Positions 14,483-31,916 of a DNA stretch of 64,000 nucleotides are shown here, one piece after another. Within the stretch, counting starts at the first letter, position 1. Every line of letters starts with the position of its first letter. Source of the stretch: the human T2T-CHM13v2.0 reference genome, Homo sapiens; assembly GCF_009914755.1 (NCBI RefSeq), contig NC_060927.1, one strand, 5' to 3'. The notes beneath the pieces are model-generated. The model ran no database searches and was not told where the DNA came from. It saw only the letters and a list, made by a program, of their open reading frames with translations. The translations under genes and the position numbers were made by a program.

Positions 14483-16837
14483 TTTTTTCACTTTCAAAGA
14501 CTTATTTTTAACTGACATGTAATAATTAGACACATTTATGGGGTACAATGTGATGTTCCAATACATGCATACATTGTGTAATGATGAAATCAGAGTAATT
14601 AGCATATCCATCACCTCAAACATTTATCATTTCTTTGTGGTGAGGACATTCAACATCATCTCTTCCAGCTGTTTTGAGATACACACTACTTCATTGTTGA
14701 ACACAGTCGCCTATGACGCAACAGGACACCAGAATTTATTCTTCCTTTCTAATTGTAATTTTGTGCCCATTCACCAACCTGTCCCCCTCACTCCTTTCCT
14801 CCTCCCCTTCTCAGTCCCTTGTGTCCTCTGTTCAATTCTCTACTTCCATGAAATCAACTTTTTTAGATTCTACATATGAGTAAGAACATGTAGTATTTGT
14901 CTGTCTGTGTCTGGCTGATTTCATTTCACATAATGTCCTTGAGGTTCATCAAATGGCAAGGTTTCATTGTTTTTTTTATGGCTGAATAGTATTCCATTGT
15001 GTAAATATACCATATTTTCTTGATCCATTCATCCATTTTGAACATTTAGGATGCCTCCCTATCTTGGCGATTGTTAGTAGTGGTACAATAAATATGAAAG
15101 TGCAGATATCTCCTTGGCATACTGATTTTTTTGTAATATATTATATATATATAAAATACATATTATATATATTTATATATAAAATATACTTTTATATATA
15201 AATTATATATATATTATATATAATACATATTATATATATTTTATATAAAATATATATTATATATATAAATTATATATATATTATATATATAAATTATATA
15301 TATATTATATATATATTATATATATAAATTATATATATATTATATATATATATATTATATATATATATATCAAGTGGTGAGATTGCTGGATCATATGGTA
15401 GTTCCAGCTTTAATTTTTTGAAGTACCTCCATACTGTTTTCCATAATGGTTGTATTAATTTACAATCCCACAAACAGTGTGTAGGAATTTTCTTTTCTTC
15501 ACATCCTTGGCAATATTTGTTCTCTTTTATCTTTTTGATAATAACCACTTTAACTGGCATGAGATGATATCTCATTGTGGTTTTTTTTTTGAATTTTCCT
15601 GACCATTAGTGATGTTGAGCATTTAAAAATATATCTATTGGTAATTTGTATTTCTTTTGATAAATATCTGTTGAGATCTTTTGCTCATCTCTTAATAAAA
15701 TTACTTATTTATTTATTTATTTGCTATTGAGTTGTTTGAATTTCTTATATATTCTGGATGTTAACCCTTTGTCAGATGTACAGTTTGTGAATATTTTCTC
15801 CCATTCCGTAAGTTGCCGCTTTACTCTGTTGTTTCCTTTTCTGTGTATAGGTTTTTAGTTTGATGTAATCCTAGTTGTCTAGTTTTGCTTTTTTGTCTTT
15901 GCTTTTGAGGTCTCATTAAAAAATCCTTGCCTAGACCAATGTCATGAAACATTTTCCCTATGTTTTATTTTAGAAGTTTCATATTTTGGGTCTTACACTT
16001 GCATCTTAAATCCATTTCAAGTTGAATTTTGTATATGGTAAGAGATAGGGGTCCAGTTTCATTCTTCTTCATGTTGACATGCAGTTTTCTAGCACCATTT
16101 ATTAAAGAGACTGTCCTTTCCCTAATGTGAGTTTTTAGCATCTTTGTTGAAAATCAGTTGTCTATAGATGCATGAATTTATTTTGGGGATCTCTTTTCTG
16201 TTCCATTCGTTTATGTGCCTGTTTTTATGCCAATGCCATGCTGTTTTAATTACTATAGCTTTGTAGCATATTTTGAAGTCAGGGAGTGTGATGACTCCAG
16301 CTATTTTTTTCCTCAATATTGCTTTGGCTATTTGGGATTTTTTTCGTAGTTCCACACAAATTCAAATTGTTCCTGTTTGCAGACAACATGATCTTATATA
16401 TGGAAAACTCTAAAGACTCCACCAAATACTTTTAGAACTAATAAAGAAATTCCATATAGTTGCAGGATACAAAATCAACAGACAAAATTTGGTAGCGTTT
16501 CTATACACTAATAGTAAACTATCCAAAAAAAAAAAAATCAAGAAAACTATTCCATTTACAACAGCTAACAAAAAGCAAATAAGAATCAAGGAATAAATTT
16601 AACCAAGGGAGTGAAAGATCTCTACACTGCAAACCAAAAATCAATGATGAAAAAAATTAAAGAGGATACAAATAAATGGAAAGATATCTTGTGTTCATGG
16701 ACTGGAAGAATGAATATTGTTAAAATGTCATACTACCCAAAGCTATCTACAGATTCAATGCAATTCATATTCAAATACCAATAATATTCTTCACAGAAAT
16801 AGGAAAAAACAATCCTAAAACTTGTATAGAACCATGT
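14483..16837 (-). mobile_element. Old L1MA-type LINE-1 with 5' inversion (minus 14483-~16360; inverted plus-strand ORF2 piece ~16361-16834)
   Basis: L1MA 3' UTR; ORF2 C-terminal remnants (ORFs 15294..15575 and 16122..16355); strand switch at ~16360; TSD aatctgtatttct / aatttgtatttct. Confidence 0.88.
15135..15370. repeat. (TA)n-rich low-complexity expansion inside the L1MA
   Basis: About 235 bp almost entirely A/T, built from tatatatataaat/tatatatatat units. Confidence 0.95.
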
Positions 16838-16959
16838 AATTTGTATTTCTATTCCTCACTCCTGAATTCCAAACCTAAATTTCCTGCTAACATAGAGACA
16901 TATACTAAGATTAAATATTTTTAAAGATTGAAATGTACTAAGATTGAACACTTTAACTC

Positions 16960-17890
16960 TTAGCATCCACTGAAATTATCTTTCATACTGAGTCTCTTCT
17001 CTGGTAATGGCATTACCAGTGACCAAGCCTCAAAAAACTAGAAATGCTAATCATTATTTTTTTCTCTTTTCTTCAACCTTTTACCCTCCCTCCACCCAAG
17101 CTAGTTTATCAGTAGCTAGGTACTATAGATTCTATCTTATGGCTTTTTAAATGTGTGTATCCTTTCGTCAAAAGCTCACTACTGTCATATTAATTTAAAC
17201 CTCACAATTTTAAATCCATATTATATCATGAGTCATATGACAATCTCCCTACCTCTAATCTCCTGATTTTTTAATTCATCTTATGCACTGCTGTTGGAAT
17301 TTCCCCCCTTAAATCACAGGTTGGATCATATCACATGTCACTTGTGGTCTCAAGTAATATTCAGTGGTTTCCTGTTGTCTACAGAAGTCTCTGTGCCCTT
17401 ATGTAGTATTCCAAACCTTTCCTGAAATGGTAAAATAAGAAACTCATCTTCTCCTGCATCCTTTCAAGGAATTCTAAAATTCAGTCTTATTATGTTCATT
17501 GTCATCCTGGAGGGTAGAAGGAAATCCTAGGCTTCTATGACTTTTAAATACCATTTCTTGAGCTTGAATTCTTCTTCTCTTTATTTATAGAAGCCTTTTC
17601 TTTAAGGTCCAATTCAAGGTTACTGTTCCCATAAAGGCTTCTTGAATAATCTTGCTATAATGAATGACTTTTTCAATTATAATTCTATAGCATGTTCCTT
17701 CTGCTCCAACTAGCATTTATCCAAATTAACCTTGTAACATGACTTTTCCACTCACAATTATCCTCATGCCTACTCCATGAGAACCAGAGTCTAAGAAATC
17801 TTTTGATAAAGATTCTGTTTTACACAACTTTGGTTCTCAATTCCAAACACAGTGGCAAATATGCACCCAATAAATAATTAATTAAATTTA
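16960..17890 (+). mobile_element. Degenerate L2 3' fragment
   Basis: ctggtaatggcattacc..ccaagcc..aaactaga; ggatcatatcaca; caataaata terminus. Confidence 0.5.
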
Positions 17891-18484
17891 ACATTTATAA
17901 ATGTTTATAAAAACTTCCCAAATCATGGAATAATGCAAAGTATAAATAAACCTATAAACCTACATCCTCTAAAAAACCCTAAATATGTGTATACACAGAA
18001 CTCTGCATATAATTTAATGGGATTTGTGGTGGACACTTGGACTCACCTACTAACATTTGTTCTAAACCCTTTCTGGTGTACAAAGACTAGAAAGCTTAAA
18101 ATTATTTTTTGCAGACTCATTTGAAGCTTTTCAATTTCAGTTTTATAATTGCATTATCCAAAATATATTATCCATCATCTCTTCTTGTAGCCACTCTCAG
18201 ACCCTGGAGTCAATCCTGACATTGCTTGATGGTTTCAGCTCCTGGCTTTCTTGTCATTCCTTCTAACACATCATATTTTGTAACTCAAATGATTTCAATA
18301 TCCATGTAGATAATCTTTTCAATATGTTTGGGTTCACAGTTCCAGGGAACTTCCAACTTCTTATCTTTTTAGCACACTGCTTCTATTATCCCACTGCAGG
18401 AATCTTCTATGACTAAGACAAAATCCAATGATACTATCGATTTCCTGTGATTATTGCACAGTTCATCTTTCTAAGCACACTTTT

Positions 18485-19696
<1,212 letters not shown>

Positions 19697-20715
19697 TTCT
19701 AAGCACACTTTTGCTTATGACTTCCACTGTCTCGGCTTCTGTATTCCTCTTTCATACTCACTTGGAAAAGTGCTAATGCCAATTAAATCCAACACTCTTT
19801 AAACTTTGCCAGCACTTGAGTAGTAAAAAATGATTGTAGAAAATCAAACAACAATGCTGACTACTCTTACTTAAATTCATGACCCTACCTGCACTCTGTG
19901 CTGCCTTGAAATTCTGCATTTCACCATTTTATTCACTATAACCTAGATGGAATAGAACATGCTTTCTTTTCTCAAGCCTCAAAAATGACTTTCCTCCATC
20001 CCCCACCCCGCATCCTCACCCTTAGTTCACTGAGAAAATATAGGCAATCAAGAAAGATTTTTCAAACTATCACCATATACTTGTCTCCTGCTAGATTAAA
20101 TTAATTTCACTTGTTTTCTGTGACCTTTTGACTTCTCAAATATCTCCTTTACTTTTTTTTTGATTTCTGTCTGGCATCACCAAATTTTCACTCTATACTA
20201 ATCATTAAATCAGAATATACACATTCTATATCTCTTATTTTAAGAACTCATTTGACCCACATCTTTTTCAGCTATAGCGCCTTGAACGTGGTGACTATAT
20301 TTATTGTCTACTATTTCCTTTACTTTCATTTTCTCTTTTATCTACTCTAATCAACCTTCCATCCTCATAATTCTCCTAAGTTGTCAAAATCACCAATAAT
20401 TTCAACACAGCTATATCTAATGGTCAATTTACTGTTCTTGTTTTATTTGACTTGTCATCAGTATACCACTTTCTCTTGAAACTTGTTCTTTACTTAGCAT
20501 TTAGAGTATTACTCTTGGTGTTTTTCTTAGTCTCATTTGCTAGATTCTCCTCTATTCCCATAATGCTAAACCTTAGAGTATCTAAGGGCTCAGTTCTTGG
20601 GTCTCCTCCCCTCTCTGTCTTGACTCACTCCTAGGTGGTATTATCTAGTTCACAGCTTTAAAAATTTTGTGAATGTTGATAAATTCCAAATTTATATCTC
20701 CAGACTTGCCATCTC

Positions 20716-20787
20716 CCATGAACTCCAAATATACATCCAACCACCAACTTCACCATGAACTCCAAATATACATCCAACCACCAACTT
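20716..20787. repeat. Tandem duplication, 35-bp perfect match, period 37
   Basis: ccatgaactccaaatatacatccaaccaccaactt at 20716-20750 and 20753-20787. Confidence 0.95.
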
Positions 20788-21890
20788 AACATTTCTACTG
20801 GATGTCTGTTATGTTTCTTAAATTTAACATGTTAAAAATGGAGCTCTCAATATTTCCTTTACTCTAAACATGCTCTACTTTCCGTCTTCATCATCTCAGT
20901 TAGTGACAATTTTATCTTTTTAGTTTGTCAGGCTAAAAGTATTGATATCATTCTTGAGTTATAACTTTCTCTTACATCTGACAACAAACCCTATAGGCTC
21001 CATCTTCAAAATACATTCAGAAACTGCAACTTTCTACTTTTGTTGTCACTATCCTGGTCCAATGAATCGTAACTTCTTGACTGGATTACTATAGCCTCTT
21101 TACTCATTTTTCTATTTCTTTGCTGACCCAAATAGTTTATTTTCCAAAGAGCAGTTAGAATGAAATTATTCAAAATGTCAGTCAAATCTGTCACTATTTC
21201 CCTTGGAGCCTCTTAATGTTTTTGTATTTCATGCAGAAAGGCAGCTGAAGTTCTTAGAATGATTTAAAAAGCACCACCCAATCCAGACTACTCAGGACCA
21301 CTCTAACCTCATAATCTTCCACTCACTCTTTTGTTGACTTTGCCCCTCCTCCACTGGACTTATTTGCTGATTCTTGAACATACCAAGCGCATTCCTGCCT
21401 TAGAGACTTTAAAAGCATTCTTTTTTCTTCCTAAAATATTATTTTCCCAGATATCTTTATGGCTTGCTTCCTTGCTTCTTTCAGGTTTCTTCTCAAATGT
21501 TACCATAATTACCATACATCATTGAGGTTTTGTTTGATAGAGGTATATAGAATAATAATTTGTCCTTTTCTAACACTGCTTTCCCCCTTATCCTAATTTT
21601 CTTAAAATCATTTATTACCACATGGCCTACTACATAAAGAATTTTACATAGTAAAATTTGTTTATTGCCTGCCTCTACAAAGAAGGAATTTGTTTTGTTC
21701 ACTGCTGTATATCTAACACCTTGAATAGTAATAAAGTACATGGTAGGTATTGTAAGATGGGACAAATTAATGAATGAATCAATCAATCAGATACAATCTC
21801 CAAAAACATTATGACCTGAGTCATGTCGAGAGGGTGGTAAATAAAGCATTCTTATATTTTACTGTCTTAGATCATGACACAAGTAAAGTG

Positions 21891-22209
21891 TTTTTTTTTT
21901 GTTGTTTGTTTGTTTGTTTGTTTGTTTTAGAAGGAGTTTCGCTCCTGTTGCCAAGGCTGGAGTGCAATGGCGTGATCTCAGCTCACCGCAAACTCTTCCT
22001 CCGGGTTCAAGCGATTCTCCTGCGTCAGCCTCCTGAGTAGCTGGGATTACAGGTGTGCACCACTATGCCTGGCATAAGTTTGTATTTTTAGTAGAGATGG
22101 GGTTTCTCCATGTTGGTCAGGCTGGTCTTGAACTCCCGACCTCAGGTGATCTGCCCTCCTCGGCCTCCCAAAGTGCTGGGATTACAGGCGTGAGCCACTG
22201 CGACCAGCC
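21891..22209 (-). mobile_element. AluSp
   Basis: gggtttctccatgttggtcaggctgg..ctcccgacctcagg; (TTTG)n tail; TSD-like taaagtg on both sides. Confidence 0.95.
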
Positions 22210-25200
22210 CATAAAGTGGTTTTATACTCAGGAGCAGCAACAGCATTCAAATTTTCGGCCTTCCACATTAGTGCTCTTACGGTAGAGGCAGAGGGATTCT
22301 GGAAAGTGAGAATTGTTTCTCAGAACTTAGCATAGAGCTTGTTCCTTTACGGTTTCTTTTTTTTCTTTTTTAATTTTTTGTGGGTACATGAGATATTCTG
22401 ATACAAGCATGAAATGTGTAGTAATCACATGAGTAAAAATGGGGTATCCATCACCTCAAGTGTTTATCCTTTGTGTTGCAAACAATCCAATTATAATATT
22501 TTTGTTACTTTTAAATGTACAAATTAATTATTATTGACTATAGTCACCCTGTTGTACTATCAAATACTAGGTCTTATTTATTCTTTCTAACAAGTTTTTG
22601 TACACATTAACCAGTCCTGCTCCCTCCCACCTCCCACCAAGCCTCATTACTCTTGCCAGCCTCTGGTAACCACCTTCTACTCTCTATCTCCATGAATCCA
22701 ATTGTTTTAATTTGTAGTTCCCACAAATCAGTGAGAACGTGTTATGTTTGTCTTTCTGTGCCTGGCTTTTTTCCCTTAACATAATGACCTCCAGTTCTAT
22801 CCTTGTTGTTGTAAATGACTGGATCACATTCTTTTTTATGGCTGAATAGTACTCCACTGTGTATGTATGCCACATTTTCTTTATCCATTCACCTGTTGAT
22901 TGACACTTAGGTTGCTTCCAAGTCACTATTGTGACTTAGTCTTGCAATAAACATGGGAGTGTAGATTTTCTTTGATATATGTATTTCTTTTCTTTTGGTG
23001 ATATACCTAGCAATGGGCTTGCTGGATTGTATGGTAGCTCTATTTTTGTTTTTTTGAGGAATGTCTAAACTCTTTTTCATAGTGATTGTACTAACTTACA
23101 TTCCCAGCAATAGTGTACAAGGGTTCCTTTTGCTCCACAACCTCTCCAACATTTGTTCTTGCCAGACTTTTGGATAAAAGCCATTTTAACTGGGGTGAGA
23201 TGATATCTCATTGTAGTTTTGATTTGCATTTCTCTGATGATCAGTTATGATGAGCACATTTTCATATACCTGTTTGCCATATATATGTCTTTTTTTGAGA
23301 AATGTTTATTCAGATCTTTTGCCCATTTTTAAATTGGATTATTAGATTTTTTCCTAGAGAGTTGTTTGAACTCCTTATACATTCTGATTATTAATTCCTT
23401 GTCAGATGGGGAGTTTGCAAATATCTGTGGGTTGGCTCTTCATGTTGTCGGCTCTTCATGTTGTTGCTTGTCTCCTTTACTGTGCAGAAGCTTTTTAACT
23501 TGATGTGACCCCGTTTGTTCATTTTTGCTTTGGTTTCCAGTGCCTGTGTGGTATTACTCAAGAAATCTTTGCCAACCCAATGTCCTGGAGAGTTTCCTCC
23601 ATGTTTTCTTTCAGTAGTTTCATAGTTTGAGGCCCCAGGTTTAAGTTTTCAATTCATTTTGATTTGCTTTTTGTATATGGTTAGAGACAAGGGTCAAGTT
23701 TCATTCTTTTGCATATGAATATCCAGTTTTCCCAGCACCATTTATTGAAGAGACTGTACCTATTACACAAAGCAATCTACAGATTCAATGCAATCAATCA
23801 GTCTCTATCAAAACACCAATTTATTGGCCTATAGTTGCTGATAGTAGCCACTAATTATCCATTAGATTTCTGTGGTATCAGTTGTAATGTCACCTTTTTC
23901 ATCTCTGATTTTATTTATTTGAGTCTTGTCTCTTTTTTCCTTAGTCTGGCTAAAATTTAGTCAATTTGGTTTATCTTTTCAAAAAACTAGCTTTTTTGTT
24001 GATCTTTTATTTTGTTTTCTCCATTTCACTGTCATTTATTTCTGCTCTGATCTTTATTATTTCTTCTCTTCTACTAATTTTTGGTATGGTTTTTCTTGCT
24101 ATTCTAGTTCTTAAGATGCATTGTTAGGCTATTTTTTGAATTATTTTTCTTCTTTGATGAAAGCACATATAGCTATAAACTTCCCTGTTAGTACTGCCTT
24201 CATAGTATCTCACAGGTTCTGGTATGTTGTGTTTCCACTATCACTTGTTTCAAGAATTTTTTCAATTTCATTCTTAATGTCTTTGTTGAGCCACTGGTCA
24301 TTCAGGAGCATATTGCTTAATTTCCATATGTCTGCATAGTTTCCAAAATTCTTCTTATTATTGATTTCTAGTTTTATTCCATTGTGTTCAGATAAGATGC
24401 TTAATATTATTTCAGTTTTTTTGAACATTTAAGACTTGTTATATAACTTAATGTGTGGTTTGTCTTTGACAGTGATCCATATGCTGAGAAGAATGTGTAT
24501 TATGTAGTATTTGGATGAAATGTTCTGTAAATATCTATTAGATACTTTTCATGTATAGTGCAGATTAACAGATTAAGACGAATCTTTCTTTGTTTATTTT
24601 CTGTTTGGATGATTTGTCCAATGCTGAAAGTGGGATGTTGAAGTCTCCAGCTCTTATTGTATTGGGTCTTATCTCTCTGTGTAGATCTGATAATATTTGC
24701 TTTGTATAACTGGTGCTCCAGTATTGGGTGCATATACATCTAATATATTTGTTATATAATATAATTGTTATATCATCCTGATGAGTTGACTAATTTATCA
24801 TTATATAATGACTTTTTTTGTCTCTTCTTTTCATTTTTGTCTTCAAATCTATTTTGTCTGATTTAAGTATAGCTACTCCTGCTCTTCTTTGGTTTCTGTT
24901 GACAAGGAATGTCTTTTTCCATTTCTTTATTTTCAGTCTGTGTGTCTTCATAGGTGAAATGTGTTTCTTTTAGGCAACATATCACTGGGTCTTTGTTTTT
25001 AATCCATTCAGTCACTCTATGTCTGATAGAAGAGTTGAGTCCATTTGCATTCAATGTTATTATTGATAACTAAGAAATTGACATTTTGTTTTTTGTTCTC
25101 TAGTTGTATTGTAGTCTTCACCTTCATTAAAAAAACAGGAAGAAAAGAAGGAATAGATTTTCTCTGGTGGTAGGGTTTAATTTCTCACTTTTTCTTTTTT

Positions 25201-25905
25201 GTGTATGTGTTGTGTATTTTTTGGTTTGAGTTTATCATGAGTTGCAAATACTATCTTACAACTCATTTTAAAATGAAGACAACTTAACACTGATTGCATA
25301 AACAGACAAACAAGCAAAAATGAAACTATTACAAATTTACCCTTTCACTTTGTTCCCTCCTGCTTCTTAACTTTTTGTTGTTTCTATTTATATCTTACAC
25401 TAATGTCTACGTATTGGAAAGTTGCTGTAGTTATTATTTTTTATTGATTTACCTTTTAGTCTTTCTGCTTAAGATAAGAGTGATTTAGACACCACAGTTA
25501 CAGTATTATAACAATTTGTGTTATTCTGGGTACATACTAATTACCAGTGAGTTCTTTATACCTTCAGGTGATTTCTTATTGCTCGTTAACATCCTTTTTT
25601 TCTGATTAAAGAAGCTCCCTTTAGCATTTCTTGTAGAATAGTTCTGATGTTGGTGAAATTTCTTAGCTTTTGTTTATCTGGGAACATCTTTATTTCTCCA
25701 TCATGTTTGAAGGATATTTTCACTGGATATACAATTCTAGGGTAAAAGTTTTTTTCTTCAGCACTTTAAATATCTCATGCCACTCTGGCCTGTGAAGTTT
25801 CCACTGAAAAGTCTGCTGCCAGAAGTATTGGAGCTCCATTGTTTGTTATTTGATTCTTTTCTCTCACTACTTTTGAATGTTTTCTTTATTCTTGTCCCTT
25901 GGGTT

Positions 25906-28528
<2,623 letters not shown>

Positions 28529-29569
28529 TGATTATTAAACGCCTTGAAGTAGTCTTCTTTGGGTTAAATCTTCTTGGTGTTCTATAACCTTCTTGTGCTT
28601 GAATATTGATATCTTTCCATAGGTTTGGGAAGGTCTCTGTTACTTTCACTTTGAATAAACTTTCTACCCTTGTCTCTTTCTATACCTCTTCTCTAAGGCC
28701 AATAACTCATAGATTTGCCCATTTGAGACTAAATATAGATACTGTGGACGGGCTTCATTCTTTTTGTTCTTTTTTCTATTGTCTCCTTTGACTGTGTTTT
28801 CAAATAGCCTGTCTTTAAGCTCTAATTCTTCTGCTTCAACAGTTTTGCCAATTAGACACTCTGAGGCATTCTTCAGTATGTCAATTGCATTTTCAACTCT
28901 AGAATTTCTGCTTGATTCTTTTTAATTATTTCAATCTCCTCATTAAATATATCTGACAGAATTCTAAATTCCTTCCCTGTGTTATCTTGAATTTCTTTGA
29001 GTTTCCTCAAAACAGCTATTTTTGAGTTCTCCGTCTGAAAGAGTACATATCTCTGTTTCTCCAGAAATGGTCCCTGGCACCTTATTTATTCTGTGTGGTG
29101 AGGTCATGATTTGTTGGACGGTCTTGATGCTTATAGATATTTGTTCGTTTCTGGGAATTAAGGTAGTCTTTTCAGTCTGGGCTTGTCTGTACTTCTCCTT
29201 CTCAGGAAGGCATTCTTGCTATTCAAAGGGACTTGGTTGTTGTGATCTGAGTTATATCTGCATTGGTTACCACCCCAAGCCCAGTAATGCTGTGGTTCTT
29301 GCAGGCTCGTAGACATAGCACCTTGGTGTTCTTGGATGAGATCCAAAACATTTCTCTGGATTACCAGAGAGAGACTCTTGTTTTTTTACCCTTAATTTCT
29401 CCCAAGCAAATGGAGTCTCTCTTTCTGTACTGAGCTGCATGTAGCTGGGGTTGCGGTGACACTTACACCCTGTGTCTACCACCACTGAGACTGGGTCAGA
29501 CCTGAAGCCAGCACAGCACTGGGTGTTGCCCATGGTCTGGTGTAACCACTACTTGGCTACCACTTACGT

Positions 29570-30320
29570 TTGCTCAAGGCCCTAGGGTTCTTCAGTCAGC
29601 AGGTGGTAAGGACAGTCGTGCTTGTTTTCTTCCCTTTAGGGTGGTGAGTTGCCTTAGGCCCCAGGTAGGTCCAGAGATGATATCCAGGAGCTAGGGACTA
29701 GAGCAAAAAAAACTTTAGAATTCTACCTGGTGTTCTATTGTACTGTGGTTGAGCTGCCTCTTAAACCACAAGATACAGCCCTTTCCACAGTCTGAGGGGC
29801 CTCTCTCCAGTCCACCACCACCACAGATCCATTGGGGTTACTGCCAGTCTACTGCTGATGTTCCTTTAAGGCCTAAGGGCTCTTCAGTCAGCTGGTGGTG
29901 AATGCTGCCAGGCCTGGGACTCACTGTTCATGGCAATGGGCTCCCCTCTGGCCCAGGGCATGTCCAGAAATGCTGTCCAAGAGCCAAGGCCTGAAATCAG
30001 GGACCCCAGGAACCCACTTGGTGCTTTACCCCACTGAGGCCAAGCTGGTACCTGAAGCCAGCACATCTGAGTCTCACCCAAGGCCTACGGCATAGTACTT
30101 GGGTATTACTTCTGGTTCTTCAGAGCTCAAGGGCTCCTTAGTCAGCAGGTGGTGAATCCTGCCAGGACTGGGTTTTTCCCTTCAAGGCAATGGGTTCCCT
30201 TCTGGCCCAGGGTATGTCTAGATGTGTCATCTGGGAGCTATGGCCTGTAATCAGGGCCCTACAACTATGCCCAGTGCTCTTTCCTACTCTGGTTGAGATG
30301 GTATCAAAGATGCAAGACAA
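29570..30320 (-). repeat. Three diverged internal repeat units in the L1MA 5' UTR
   Basis: ggg.tc.t.agtcagc.ggtggt..ggccc.agg..tgtc.aga.atg at ~29585, ~29878 and ~30131. Confidence 0.75.
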
Positions 30321-31054
30321 AGTCCTTTTTATTCTTCCCTCTCCTCTTCTCAAGCCAAAAGAATGAGTCACTTTTGTTGCTGCAATTTGTGCTGTCTGGA
30401 GTTGTAGGAGGGGTGATGCAAGCACTTTCTTAGCTGCCCTGGCTGGTGTTTCATGTCCACCAGCTCTGCGTTCAGCACAGCACTCGGACTTGCCTAGGAA
30501 TTGTAAGATTTCTTTTCAAATTTATTGAGGACCCCAAAGCACTTCAGCCTGTGATGGCAAGACTTGCCAAAACTCGAGTTCTGACCCTCTGGCTAGGGCT
30601 GGTCTAGATGCTTCCTCCATGGGTGGGTGTCAGCTGATTTTAGCTGGGTTTTGCTTTCTGCTGTGACAGGGCAGCACTTAGTTGAATGCAAAGTCCCAGA
30701 GTTGCTGTGCTGTCCCTCCCCCAAGGACACAGATTCTGTCTATATACCATGTGGTCACTGCCAGGGCATAGAGGAAGTGTGCCATCTGTAATTCAAGACT
30801 GTCTTTCCTGCCCTCCTCAGTGCCTCCTTCACTGATATGAAGTTAAAACAAGGTACTGTGATTGCTCACTTGATCTTTGGTTCTTATGAAGGTGCTTTTT
30901 TGTGTAGATAGTTGTTAAATTGGTGTTCCTGTGGGAGGGATGATAGATAGGTCAAGTGTTCTATGTGGCTATCTTGCTTTGCCCTCTCCTACAATTTCTT
31001 ATTCATCTATTTTCCTCTGTTAGCTCTTATCTGCTTGAACTAACTAGAATGAAT

Positions 31055-31080
31055 TTTTAGTAGTTCATTTCTGGTGCTAT

Positions 31081-31112
<32 letters not shown>

Positions 31113-31460
31113 ACAAGCAAACAAAAAACAGAAACTGGTTAGCTTATAAATAACAGAAATTTATTTCTAACATTTACGGAGGCTGAGAAGTCCAAGATCA
31201 AGGTGTTAGCTAATTCAGGATGTGGTGAGAGCCCACTTTTTGGTTCACAGAAGGTGCCTTCTCATGGCATCCTCACATGGTGGAAGTGACAAATGAGATT
31301 TTAAAAATCTCTTTATAAGGGCACTAACCCCATTAATGAGAGCACCATCCATCATCATGACCAAATTACCTCTGAAAGGCCCTACCTGTTAATACCATCA
31401 ACTTGGGGGTATGACTTCAACATATAAATTTTAGGGGACACAAACATTCAGACTTTAGCA
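31055..31460 (-). mobile_element. MaLR solo LTR (MST/MLT1A-type) with an (AAC)n microsatellite at 31081-31110
   Basis: agaaatttatttct..ggaggctgagaagtccaagatcaagg..acaaacattcagactttagca. Confidence 0.8.
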
Positions 31461-31916
31461 GAATTCTGTTGTCTACCTACAGGTGAAATTTGAGTTACAC
31501 AATAATTGCTTCATCAAGTGGTTGCCGGTAATCAATATTCAAAGAAATCTTAATATTTGGTTGACTATGTGGCAAGGTCTAATTATCATTAACAGATAGG
31601 ATTTGTTTCCATGACAACCAGTGGTAAAACATTTAAATTATGTCTTGTGATAATGCTAGAATGAAGTCCTATTAAAGACAAAGCTGTCTAAACTGAGTGA
31701 CTGCTGTGATAGTCCATTAACGGTAGTTCAAGCATAAAAAGACTGTGTGGGTGGAATGGCTACTTCAGACTGTACTGCAGAGCTTTGAATGCATCAAAAT
31801 ATGACCAGGGAACCCAGATATTTCTATGATTGCCTTAAGATGATGTCTTATCTCTTATATCAGCAGAGTTGAAGAAGTCCGAATTCAGAAGTCTAAATTT
31901 CTGATTTCTAGGTTTT

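Noticed and set aside
17890-17905. Perfect 16-bp palindrome aacatttataaatgtt
   Set aside because: Short and AT-rich, so plausible by chance or local slippage, with no supporting context.
23434-23465. 16-bp tandem duplication ggctcttcatgttgt
   Set aside because: Ordinary slippage inside an L1.
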